DNA of 34,797 bases from a virus (lineage: Duplodnaviria > Caudoviricetes), in the IMG/VR virus record IMGVR_UViG_3300031953_000070, positions 1 through 34,797 of that record. One strand, 5' to 3'. The notes below the pieces were generated by a model. It saw nothing but the letters and a program-made list of their open reading frames with translations. It was not told the origin of the DNA and made no database searches. The position numbers and the translations under genes were made by a program. Position 1 is the first letter of the stretch; the number at the start of each line of letters is the position of its first letter. Below are positions 9,036-18,270 of the stretch, piece by piece.

Positions 9036-9562
9036 ATATAAAAACCATTAGGCAGGCGATCATTGATTTTCTGCTTGATTTCCCAGACCTGAATCATTTT
9101 GTCCCTATTGATGTCAAATAAGGGATTCCAGCTTGCAATACGTTCCGCGCTCAATCTTGAGGTGTGCAGCACATAACCGTCTGGCTTACCAATGGCCACA
9201 GGAAAGAAAACGGCCAAATAAACATCTACCAATCGGTGCATTTTTGTTCTAAAAGGCATCAATGCGTCTTTCACAAAATCCAGTTGTGCATAGGCGTCCA
9301 TTTCCCTGAGCGCGTCAGGAGTGGTTTTCACATCACTGGCCCTGGCTTTTCCAAATTGTATCAATCCCGTATATCCCAGCGCATTTGTAATGGAAGGATC
9401 GAAGGTCCCGGCAGTTTCCAATTCCATTACCACCATTAACCAGTTTGGGTTAATCTGCAGCTGGCAGGAAATCATGATCACTTTCTCAATAAAATCGTCA
9501 ATTTCTGTCTTGAGAATATTTTTGTTGAGTTTTTCCGTAAATATCAATTCCCGTCGCTTCAT
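9032..9562 (-). CDS. Endolysin, lytic transglycosylase/lysozyme-like fold
   Basis: NWLMVVMELETAGTFDP...GYTGLIQF...QLDFV...YLAVFFP. Confidence 0.85.
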   Translation of the reverse strand: MKRRELIFTEKLNKNILKTEIDDFIEKVIMISCQLQINPNWLMVVMELETAGTFDPSITNALGYTGLIQFGKARASDVKTTPDALREMDAYAQLDFVKDALMPFRTKMHRLVDVYLAVFFPVAIGKPDGYVLHTSRLSAERIASWNPLFDINRDKMIQVWEIKQKINDRLPNGFYI

Positions 9563-9608
9563 TGTGTTTTGGCTTTAACTAATATGCTCTGTTGTTTTTC
9601 GCTTAGTT

Positions 9609-9917
9609 TCATAATTCTTTATTTATACGCATTTTCAATATTCTGATCTCAGATCTCAAGCTGTCAATCTCCTTGCCCCTATATCCTACAACCTTTTCAA
9701 GGCTATCGGTTTTTTTTTCTGTCTTATAATAACTTTTGATCAATGATTTCCTGTTTTCCACGCTCATGCTTTTGGGCATTTCACTCAGGATCTGCGCATT
9801 CTCATAACTAATAAAAAGCCCAGCCGCAGCAGCCGGCAATACTAGAACCATGAAGGCAATGAAAATCCAGTTAGAAATACGGTTAAGAGTTACCTTTTTC
9901 ATTATCTGTAAGTTCAT
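9609..9917 (-). CDS. Membrane-anchored coiled-coil protein (lysis cassette)
   Basis: One TM segment followed by a coiled coil. Confidence 0.6.
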   Translation of the reverse strand: MNLQIMKKVTLNRISNWIFIAFMVLVLPAAAAGLFISYENAQILSEMPKSMSVENRKSLIKSYYKTEKKTDSLEKVVGYRGKEIDSLRSEIRILKMRINKEL

Positions 9918-10425
9918 GAATGTTTAAATTTTTATTGAAATTTGAAATCCTATTGATCCATGCAACGGGCGGGAATTTCCCTTTTGTAATTATTGACGAG
10001 TTGATAAACGCACTACTGGCAGGATATAGAAAAACCATTATACGGGTGATCACACTCAGCCATTCTGTGATTAGATTCTCTGAAGTGTAGATAAAATTGA
10101 ATCCCTCAAAAAGTACTCCCACACAAAACACAAGCCCGAGCTTCACGAATATCCCGACAATGTTCTTTTTAAAACTAAAATCGCGCTTTATAAAAAAATG
10201 CACGACCGTACCCAATAAGTGGTCTATAATGATGGCAACCAGCACGAAGAATATATAACTGCCATTGCTGGTTATCCATTCGCGCACCAGGTCGAATATT
10301 CCAAGGGGCGCAATCAACGCCGTTGCCGGAAACATTGAAAGTATCAGCGTACTCTTGAGTTTAACCAATGCGGTGCCGTAGTGGATCTTTAGGAATGTGA
10401 GCGCTAAGAATTTCAATATGTTCAT
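9883..10425 (-). CDS. Holin (Phage_holin_4_1-like)
   Basis: Multiple TM segments with IIIDHLLG motif; upstream of the endolysin. Confidence 0.7.
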   Translation of the reverse strand: MNILKFLALTFLKIHYGTALVKLKSTLILSMFPATALIAPLGIFDLVREWITSNGSYIFFVLVAIIIDHLLGTVVHFFIKRDFSFKKNIVGIFVKLGLVFCVGVLFEGFNFIYTSENLITEWLSVITRIMVFLYPASSAFINSSIITKGKFPPVAWINRISNFNKNLNIHELTDNEKGNS

Positions 10426-10438
10426 TTTTTGTCCTTAT

Positions 10439-10534
10439 TCATCCGAGTATGGATATCAAAAGCAGCGCAAGGGCGGTGTACAATAGAATTGCACCGGTGC
10501 CCTTTGCGATTACTTTTAGGTTTTCACGATTCAT
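10439..10534 (-). CDS. Small membrane peptide (31 aa)
   Basis: MNRENLKVIAKGTGAILLYTALALLLISILG; ATGA-coupled to the upstream gene. Confidence 0.45.
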   Translation of the reverse strand: MNRENLKVIAKGTGAILLYTALALLLISILG

Positions 10535-10953
10535 GCCTCCTTGAGTTCTACTTGATGCGTCTGGGGCGTTAAGAAATTAAGGATTTTCCGTACCCAGTTA
10601 TATCCATAAAATCCGTTGGCCTGGGGAATTGCGATCAATAGGACAAATACCAGATTATACCATTTTATGTTCTCAAAAATGCCAATCTTGAGTCCCCAGC
10701 CAATACCTCCAAGTATTGCCCCGACACCATAGGAAAGTGCGATGGTCCAGGTACGGTTTGGCATAAGCTGGATTTTTAGGATTTCGGTTATCCATATAAC
10801 GGCGGCCGCCAAACCTGCGACGGTTCCGAAGGTTGTACCAAGATCAACGAGGTTTCCAACGAGGCCGATAAAATCTATCCCGGCCTGAGCCTGTGCGGTG
10901 ACAAATACAAATAGGAATAAAAATGCTAATAATAATTTTGAATTGAATTTCAT
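10531..10953 (-). CDS. Multi-pass membrane protein, holin-like
   Basis: Signal-like N-terminus, three further hydrophobic segments, ITEILK and ANGFY motifs. Confidence 0.6.
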   Translation of the reverse strand: MKFNSKLLLAFLFLFVFVTAQAQAGIDFIGLVGNLVDLGTTFGTVAGLAAAVIWITEILKIQLMPNRTWTIALSYGVGAILGGIGWGLKIGIFENIKWYNLVFVLLIAIPQANGFYGYNWVRKILNFLTPQTHQVELKEA

Positions 10954-10985
10954 GATAAGTAGGTATTAAGATTAATTGTTAATTG

Positions 10986-12821
10986 TTAATTTTTAGTTCC
11001 CCCTTCGGGGGTTAGGGGGATTTGGGGGCTAGGGGGACAATTCCCTTCCCTTACAAGTTCCTCCGGCTGCACCTTAATATCCACGCAGCCCCAGGCATTA
11101 GGGATTGTGTTTTCCTTGATCGTGATAAGCCCATTGCCCTCGCGCAGCTGTATGCCGTAACTAGTGCTCAGTACTTCATTTTCAATGAGCGATAGCCCGT
11201 CTGTCATCCTGACCGTGATTGCGCCCAATACCGTATTTTGAAGGAATTCCGCATTGTTCACGCGGTCAAAGGTTACGGCCTGAGTGTTGTCAAAAGTGTT
11301 ATTGTCAACCGTTATTTTGCCATTTTGCCCATTCCTGTTGATCGTGGTGAACTGTGCCGCCGATCTGCCTCCACGGAAATAATTTGCATATATGCGAACA
11401 TTTTCCGCATAGGTGGAATGCGCAAATAGCGCGATACTGGTAGGCCGTTCGCTTGCGGTATGATTGTCGTACACTTCTGCGTTAATCGCATTCTTGATAA
11501 CGATGCCAGAAATGAAGTCCGAAATCTTATTGTCGTGAACCTTGCTTCCCTCACCACCCACACGGATGCCTTGACTGTAACCCTGAATCACATTCCCTAT
11601 CGCAGAATTGTTATGGGAAAATTCAGAAGTTGACCCCAGACCAATTCCCAGTCTGTTATTGTTTGGATCGGTATTGATCAGCGTGTTATTTCGGGCAGTG
11701 GTATTGGTCACGTGATCAATTACAATCCCGCTTTCAAGCGTGTTATTTTCGATAAGAATATTATCACCGGCCTTGAAGATAAAACCACCGCGCTTGCTGC
11801 CAACTTCCGTACAGTTGCGGATGATCACATTGCTCACTTTCTCATATTCATGTACTTTGCCCGTTACTTCATCCCGCTCGCGGTAGGGCTCTACATCTAT
11901 AGCAAACTGTGGGTTTGTACCATTGGAACCGGGAAGGTCTTTTCCCGTGCCGCCAAAATGACAACCGTCTATGGTCGTTCCCTGTGTATCGACAATGCTG
12001 ATCCCTTGCCTACGATTTTCTATAAATCGGCTGTTTTTGATCAAAATCCCCTTTGTGGGCACATAATTAGACTTCCACGTAAATTCATTGGCGTGAATAA
12101 CAAGGCCGTCACCATTGCCATGCTTGGCTTCCACATTATCTATCGTAATGTTTTGACCGCTCATTATGTCCAGAAGATGCCCCCATTCATCAGAACCTTT
12201 TCCGCTCCATTTATGCTCTAGGCGGTCACCTATGAGATGCCCACCGCTTACGTAATTTTTTTTATTTTCATCAAATACAAGAAGTGAATATTTCGCGCTA
12301 TTGTTCGGTTGAACCCGCAAGTAGGTTTCATCGCTCATCACCAGGTTGAAATCACTGGGAATGTTAATCCCTTCCACAGACGGGTAGAAGTTTTTGTTTG
12401 TCTCGCTTGTAACCGTGGAAACATCAAAGTAGACATCAACCTTCCCAATTTTAAAGGTGTCGATCCCGACTGATTTTGCATCCACAAATGCCTGCTTCAA
12501 ACCGAATCGGTTCTGCAATGCCTGGGCATCGGTCACGCGCCCTTCTACGATCTTGTAGTAATTGAGCGCCAAAATGTAGTTATTATCTTCCGGCTTCTTT
12601 ACCGGGTCTGGTACTTCCACGACTGGAGGCGGTGCAATCGTGTCCTCCACTGGTGGCGGTGGCGGTGGGATTATTGGGTCAATTACCGGCACGCTGTCAA
12701 TAGGTTTGGGTGGTGGCGGGATCACCGTATCGATGTCCTCCCCCTTGGGGGGCTGGGGGGAATTGTTGTTTCCGCAGCTTAATAGTAGTAATACTGTAAA
12801 TAATGTAATTAGATTTTTCAT
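10986..12821 (-). CDS. Lipoprotein with right-handed parallel beta-helix (pectate-lyase-like) domain
   Basis: Lipobox LLLSC, Pro-rich linker, GDGL...NRRQGISI...IDVEP and repeated N/I beta-helix rungs. Confidence 0.8.
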   Translation of the reverse strand: MKNLITLFTVLLLLSCGNNNSPQPPKGEDIDTVIPPPPKPIDSVPVIDPIIPPPPPPVEDTIAPPPVVEVPDPVKKPEDNNYILALNYYKIVEGRVTDAQALQNRFGLKQAFVDAKSVGIDTFKIGKVDVYFDVSTVTSETNKNFYPSVEGINIPSDFNLVMSDETYLRVQPNNSAKYSLLVFDENKKNYVSGGHLIGDRLEHKWSGKGSDEWGHLLDIMSGQNITIDNVEAKHGNGDGLVIHANEFTWKSNYVPTKGILIKNSRFIENRRQGISIVDTQGTTIDGCHFGGTGKDLPGSNGTNPQFAIDVEPYRERDEVTGKVHEYEKVSNVIIRNCTEVGSKRGGFIFKAGDNILIENNTLESGIVIDHVTNTTARNNTLINTDPNNNRLGIGLGSTSEFSHNNSAIGNVIQGYSQGIRVGGEGSKVHDNKISDFISGIVIKNAINAEVYDNHTASERPTSIALFAHSTYAENVRIYANYFRGGRSAAQFTTINRNGQNGKITVDNNTFDNTQAVTFDRVNNAEFLQNTVLGAITVRMTDGLSLIENEVLSTSYGIQLREGNGLITIKENTIPNAWGCVDIKVQPEELVREGNCPPSPQIPLTPEGGTKN

Positions 12822-15800
12822 CCTAGATATGTTTTTTTCATGAAATCAATTATTCCTTGGGCACGCAAGATGTGACCTGCTCCATTTGGATGTAGGCCGT
12901 CACCGCTAAAATCAGATAGGTTGGTCATGTTTACCGGCCACAGATCAACTAGGTTAACAACATATATCCCGTACAGCGCACCTACTTTCTCAATGGCATC
13001 AACATAATCATAAAGACTCAACCCAATATCATTAACCATCCCACTGGGCTGGCTTCCAGTACCTGAGTAAGCGCGTATGGTGGGGCTGAGGAAATATATT
13101 TCATTGAACCTATGTATGTCTTTCAATGTTTCTGCGATATGCCTAACACCCCCGTAAAACGTGGTCGTATCGGTGCTGTCTATGTCTCCAAGAGGGACGT
13201 TTTTACCAAAATCGTTCGTGCCGCCACCCACGGTGATAAGGGCAGGTTCCCTATTTGGGATACTGCCTACAATGTTGGGTATCTGATCTATTATTGAGTT
13301 CGCACCCGATGACATTGTAGCACCGCTAACTGCAATATTTGTGTGTTCTGCAATCTGGAAATCTGTAACAAGCTTGTTCTGGGTCTGCCCATTTGCATCT
13401 ACCGAATCGCCAAGGGAAGAGTATTTCTTGCCATTGAAAATCGATACCGCAGAATTTGGATAATTAACCTCAAGGCGTTTGATCCGCTCTCGGAAATCAT
13501 CTATAACACCCAGCTCCACAATCTTTTCAACATTCCCCGCAAAGAGTGGGTATGTAGTTATTCTCTCCGCACGTACGGCAATCCCGAACTGTGGATTGTT
13601 AAATTCGGGTTCCGCTCTGTTTGTATAGTCAAAGGTGAATCTAAGTTCATTATTTACCTTAATGTATATTATCTTTTCAACCCTATATGTTTCGATTTTC
13701 GCGCTAAAGGGAATGATCACGTTGGGAAGATCTATGATCTTTACTTGCACATCATTATCGGTAAACCTAAAAAGTGCGCCGCTGTTTGCGGTATTGTCCA
13801 ACGTAATGGCAAGAAATGAAGTCTTATCTCCGGCTATCATGAGATATGTTCCGGATATTTTAAGGTTGAACCTTATCCCTGTAGACCCATTGACTATCAT
13901 AACGGGATTTATACGGTCATTCAATACTGATATAGTGACATCCCCAGTTGGCGATAGCGTCTCTATCTGAATATCTTCATACTCAATGTCATCTATTGTG
14001 ATGGTCGAGTAAACGCTTCCCGTTTTCATTACAAAATCGGATATGGGCTTTCTGGTTGCATTATCGAGCAGCACTTGATTACCATCAAATCCGAATATTT
14101 CAGACATTTTACCTCCCAGAACATCAAATGTCACCTCGCTTGCATTGGCATATAGTTTGCCATCCACGAGGCTCATCGTTGGATTGTTCCCAGATGCATC
14201 CATATCAAAAGAAATGTTTCCATTTTGGAATAGGCGCATAATGACATTAGTAGCCTTAAACATCCAAGAATCATCCGATGGCAAATTATATGCAAGCCAT
14301 TTTCTCACTCCTGCAACATATAGCTGTATACGCGGAATGGCGGCATCAATATTAAACTGATCCTTTAAAGTGATGCCGCCTTCAATTGTTCCCCCTGTTT
14401 TTGGGAAAAGCTTGGCAATTTCAGCTAGAACAAAACTTTGCAATGCCTTACCTGACAAGGCATCTGCAAGCCCCGCTATATTAGGAATGCTAAGGTTTGC
14501 AAGGTCGCTCCTGTTTGCCTTGATGTAACTTACCACCTCTTGAAGTTCGTCAAGGGTAGTGTCGTCACTTGCCAGTATCGTAAGAATATCATTAACAGAC
14601 TGCACGGTAGCAAGCTGCGATAGGTCAATTTCTGCAAGTTTATCCTTTTCGCCTTGCGTGAATATTTTGGTATAGGCTTGAAACAACAACTGCGCTTCAG
14701 CAGATTCCAATTTTCTGCCTAAAATACTGTTTACAGCATCTAGCGCTTCCTGCGAAGCCTTACCCGCAAGAAAGTTTTTTATTACTGTGCCAGCACGGCC
14801 AGAAAGCACCTTCGTGTTATCGTCGCTTTCCAGATCATCGGCAAAGTCAATGTCCGCGCCGCCAAAGTCGGCAGGATCTACAATAGTACCATCAGCGCCA
14901 ACTAAAAAGCCCAAGGGCGCATCGGTCACCTTAAAGCTTCTTGCCGTGATTTCCTTATCTGTACTCGCCCCTTCATTGGTGACATCTTGCAGGGTTTTGG
15001 GATCTAGCTGCGGCGGGCCTTGCGCGGTGCTGCTGCCACTACTTACGGTTATTTGATCAAAATCAATATGGGTATCTGGGTTGATGCCAAAATACAGACC
15101 GTCCCATTCTTTCCCTGCCAGCTCATTTTCCACATTTACCGTGACATGCTGCCATACGCCGACCATCGTGGGATCAAAACCAACGGTGCCAAAACCTACA
15201 CTGCGCGAGAATACTTTTGCCGCCCCCATGTTGCTGGGGCCTTGCCGAAAACCAACCGTAAAACCAGTGGTTTCCGTGAAGATTCTGATCTTTACATAAA
15301 AGTCAAGCATATTAATGCTGCGACTGGCAGAGAAAGGAGCATCCCTACGGAAATACAGTTGCCGGGGCGCGCCACGGGCAAAAAGACGTATGTGCCTATA
15401 TCCTGCATAAGGTTCTTCGGTGGCGGTGAAATATATTTCATCACCATCGCCTATGGGATCCCATTCACCATCGGGATTATTGCCCAGCGGCCCTTCCGCA
15501 AATACTATTTCGGTTTCAATATTAATTGGGCGCTCTTCGGTGCTGTTCACTTGCACTTCGCCTATATACCGCTGACTTCCGGAGAGATTGGGTTTAACGG
15601 GCTCAACTGCAGGATCGCCCTGAGCAACACCTATATTCCCATCAGTATCTGCGTAAAAAACATACCACCGCTTGTCTACTGGTGACATCTCAAGATCAAA
15701 GACACGCGATGTGGGCGTGGCATTGTAATCAATGCCATTCACACGGTAGGACCGCGCATATACACGGAACTGTAAACCGCCCACATATTGAAAACCGATG

Positions 15801-15934
15801 TCTTCACGTACGAGAAACGGCACATTCTCATAAATCTCTTTAAGCATTTCACGCGCCTTGACAAAGCCGTCATATACGCGCTCCGCTCCCTCGTCTCCTG
15901 GTCCTGTTCCTGTATTTATGTGTTTATATGGCAT
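12818..15934 (-). CDS. Tail fibre/spike with C-terminal SGNH/GDSL hydrolase
   Basis: N-terminal INTGTGPGD anchor-like motif, TLQDVT and TLDELQEVV fibre motifs, and SGNH blocks LGDS, GGTND, DGLHPN. Confidence 0.8.
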   Translation of the reverse strand: MPYKHINTGTGPGDEGAERVYDGFVKAREMLKEIYENVPFLVREDIGFQYVGGLQFRVYARSYRVNGIDYNATPTSRVFDLEMSPVDKRWYVFYADTDGNIGVAQGDPAVEPVKPNLSGSQRYIGEVQVNSTEERPINIETEIVFAEGPLGNNPDGEWDPIGDGDEIYFTATEEPYAGYRHIRLFARGAPRQLYFRRDAPFSASRSINMLDFYVKIRIFTETTGFTVGFRQGPSNMGAAKVFSRSVGFGTVGFDPTMVGVWQHVTVNVENELAGKEWDGLYFGINPDTHIDFDQITVSSGSSTAQGPPQLDPKTLQDVTNEGASTDKEITARSFKVTDAPLGFLVGADGTIVDPADFGGADIDFADDLESDDNTKVLSGRAGTVIKNFLAGKASQEALDAVNSILGRKLESAEAQLLFQAYTKIFTQGEKDKLAEIDLSQLATVQSVNDILTILASDDTTLDELQEVVSYIKANRSDLANLSIPNIAGLADALSGKALQSFVLAEIAKLFPKTGGTIEGGITLKDQFNIDAAIPRIQLYVAGVRKWLAYNLPSDDSWMFKATNVIMRLFQNGNISFDMDASGNNPTMSLVDGKLYANASEVTFDVLGGKMSEIFGFDGNQVLLDNATRKPISDFVMKTGSVYSTITIDDIEYEDIQIETLSPTGDVTISVLNDRINPVMIVNGSTGIRFNLKISGTYLMIAGDKTSFLAITLDNTANSGALFRFTDNDVQVKIIDLPNVIIPFSAKIETYRVEKIIYIKVNNELRFTFDYTNRAEPEFNNPQFGIAVRAERITTYPLFAGNVEKIVELGVIDDFRERIKRLEVNYPNSAVSIFNGKKYSSLGDSVDANGQTQNKLVTDFQIAEHTNIAVSGATMSSGANSIIDQIPNIVGSIPNREPALITVGGGTNDFGKNVPLGDIDSTDTTTFYGGVRHIAETLKDIHRFNEIYFLSPTIRAYSGTGSQPSGMVNDIGLSLYDYVDAIEKVGALYGIYVVNLVDLWPVNMTNLSDFSGDGLHPNGAGHILRAQGIIDFMKKTYLG

Positions 15935-16067
15935 ATAGATCGCTTATTTTTTTATCACTGCTTATTTTCTGCACGTCGCTCGTACGGAATACCGTTTGGC
16001 TCTGTTGGCGGTATTTCTTAATGCCAAAGCCTATTACATACGTGGTATTATCAGGATATTCATTCAT
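15924..16067 (-). CDS. Small tail-region protein (47 aa)
   Basis: MNEYPDNTTYVIGFGIKKYRQ...; bridges the gap and overlaps both neighbours. Confidence 0.5.
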   Translation of the reverse strand: MNEYPDNTTYVIGFGIKKYRQQSQTVFRTSDVQKISSDKKISDLYAI

Positions 16068-18270
16068 AGTCCTGAAGGTTATTTATGGTGTCCTGCACCA
16101 TGGTTATCTCACAGTCACCGGTATTCAACCGGTTATTGAGCCGCAAGGGGAAGAAACTTTTCCCTCCGTCAAAATTAAATCCCACAATATCAAGCGGCCG
16201 GTACAGATTGAAACCCACGCCTTCAAGCTGGTACAATGGCTGGCTGTTTACATCCAGATAGGTTTCCGCAAGGGCCCGCTGCATGCTCCGGTCATTACCG
16301 GAATCATTGGCTTGTTTGAACCATTTGTTCAGGTACTGTAGATTTTCGGTCTGCTCGTTGGGATCGTAGCTCAGGCGGTAATAATAAAACCCGCCACCCA
16401 ACAGCGAAGGCGGTAAAAATGGAGTATCGTCTGTAGTATAGAAGTAATACGATGGCTTCGTTGAAAATGGAAATATTTTGCAATCAAAAACGATCGCGTC
16501 TGGACTTAGTTTTTTAGGATCTTCAAGATTGTTCCGTAACCGGAAATAAAGACTATCCTTATGGGTAAGCATGAGATCAACTACATAACGGCTTATTATA
16601 TATATTTCACGCCCATCTACATACTCCGTGCGATAACTGATTTTTACCTCTGTAGGTTCTGGTGGGCGCGAAGTGATAAAGAACGTGCTGTCCACCTGGT
16701 GATCTGCATTGGAAACCACCGTCAGTTCTTCGTTTATTTTCTTTGTATATTTTATGGGACGGGTGATCGTTTCCCCCAGCTTTCGCTCTTTACGGTATTT
16801 TATACTGGCTTCTTTGATTTGCGCATAGCGGAATACACCCTTTGTCCAAGTCTGCTGAATCCCATACAAGCGCATGGTGATTCTGGTATTTACGGGAAGC
16901 ACAAAATTTTTGAGATCAATGATGTAATCTATAAAGGTATTGCTACTGGGTGATGAGCTGGCTTCAATTTTAAAAGTGACTTTTGGCCGCCCTAGCACTT
17001 CTCTAAAAGAACTTATAATGGGGAAAAGGCCCGACATGATCTCAAACTTGAAAGCCTGAATGAATTCATCCCCATAGTAATCAAACTTATCCGGGCTGTG
17101 GGTTTGCCCAAAAAGCATACGCACCACTATTTTAACATCTGCCCCAGATGCAAAATCAGAAATATAAACGAAACTGGGCAACTCTATATATTTGCCGAAA
17201 GCTTCATTATAGGTGTTTGGCCTTTCATTCTTAAAGCCTACCCTATTCGGTTTGAATTCGTCAGGAGCATTTGTAGGCCGGGCGGTTCCGCTGGGAATGA
17301 ATTCGTTTATGTTATTGTCTAAGACTCCAGTAAAATCGTCGGTAAACAATTGCGCTTCCAAGCCATGATCGTCCCATCCCAATGGTTTTTTTGATGGCAG
17401 ATTTGTAAACCAAGCCACATTTGCCTGATCTACAAATTTCTGATCTATTAGCTCTGTATCATACGCCCCCTTCACATCAATCGTTGCCAATTTTACAGGC
17501 GGTTGCATCACGACCTGCGCCGCTTGCTCAAAGCCGATATTACGGATAAGCCGCTGCACTTTGCGCGTGCCCAGATATTCACCGTTCAGACTAAAATCTG
17601 CAAAAAGTATTTCACTTTCCGCAGTCCGGTTGATGCCCACGATATACCAGCGCATATCCTGCTGCACTACAAAACATCCCATCACTTTAAGCAATGTTTC
17701 TAAAATATCATAGGCCGACGGCTTATCTTCATCTTGAAATATTACGGTATTTAGCTGAACCAAATTCCAATATTGCCGTGACAATCTATTTTCTATGGCC
17801 GAAGCAATTGAAAATTCCAAGTTCAGACCGGTAAGTTCCAGACATGCACCTATCAACTGGGAAACACTTTTTACACCACGGTAAAATTCGGCTGGCAGAA
17901 AAAGACCTGATAAAGACTGTAGGCCATCTGTAGCCACAAATTCCACAAAGAAACCGCCGGCGCTGTATGGCTCACTATATTGATCTGGCAGTAAGAAGCC
18001 TGACCAGTATTTGGTATTGTTTTCGCCCCAAAGCTCCACTAAATACCGCCGTTCATCACCGGTAAAGAGTTCTTTAAAATGGGCATCCGCACCACTTTCC
18101 ACATCCATATTGAACTTAAGACTGCTCTTATAAAACTGAAACACCCGCTCGTCACCCGCATCATAACTAAGTGCTGGAGCATTGCGCTGGGCATGCTCAA
18201 ACGAAATCCCTGGGGCACCTGTCTCGTAGGTGTCCCTGATCACTATAAATAGGCATTCTTCGTTTTCCAT
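16060..18270 (-). CDS. Large tail tip/baseplate hub protein
   Basis: Follows the TMP with TAATG coupling; YWSGFLLPDQYSEPY...FVATDGLQSL motif typical of Bacteroidota phage tail proteins. Confidence 0.75.
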   Translation of the reverse strand: MENEECLFIVIRDTYETGAPGISFEHAQRNAPALSYDAGDERVFQFYKSSLKFNMDVESGADAHFKELFTGDERRYLVELWGENNTKYWSGFLLPDQYSEPYSAGGFFVEFVATDGLQSLSGLFLPAEFYRGVKSVSQLIGACLELTGLNLEFSIASAIENRLSRQYWNLVQLNTVIFQDEDKPSAYDILETLLKVMGCFVVQQDMRWYIVGINRTAESEILFADFSLNGEYLGTRKVQRLIRNIGFEQAAQVVMQPPVKLATIDVKGAYDTELIDQKFVDQANVAWFTNLPSKKPLGWDDHGLEAQLFTDDFTGVLDNNINEFIPSGTARPTNAPDEFKPNRVGFKNERPNTYNEAFGKYIELPSFVYISDFASGADVKIVVRMLFGQTHSPDKFDYYGDEFIQAFKFEIMSGLFPIISSFREVLGRPKVTFKIEASSSPSSNTFIDYIIDLKNFVLPVNTRITMRLYGIQQTWTKGVFRYAQIKEASIKYRKERKLGETITRPIKYTKKINEELTVVSNADHQVDSTFFITSRPPEPTEVKISYRTEYVDGREIYIISRYVVDLMLTHKDSLYFRLRNNLEDPKKLSPDAIVFDCKIFPFSTKPSYYFYTTDDTPFLPPSLLGGGFYYYRLSYDPNEQTENLQYLNKWFKQANDSGNDRSMQRALAETYLDVNSQPLYQLEGVGFNLYRPLDIVGFNFDGGKSFFPLRLNNRLNTGDCEITMVQDTINNLQDYE

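Noticed and set aside
12600-12760. GGT/GGC-rich repeat element
   Set aside because: Explained by poly-proline linker codons of the lipoprotein.
15943-15956. A-run frameshift joining the 47-aa ORF to the tail fibre
   Set aside because: The fibre frame has a TAA immediately after the run.
12818-18270. Diversity-generating retroelement or invertible tail-fibre locus
   Set aside because: No reverse transcriptase, template/variable repeat pair or flanking inverted repeats were seen.
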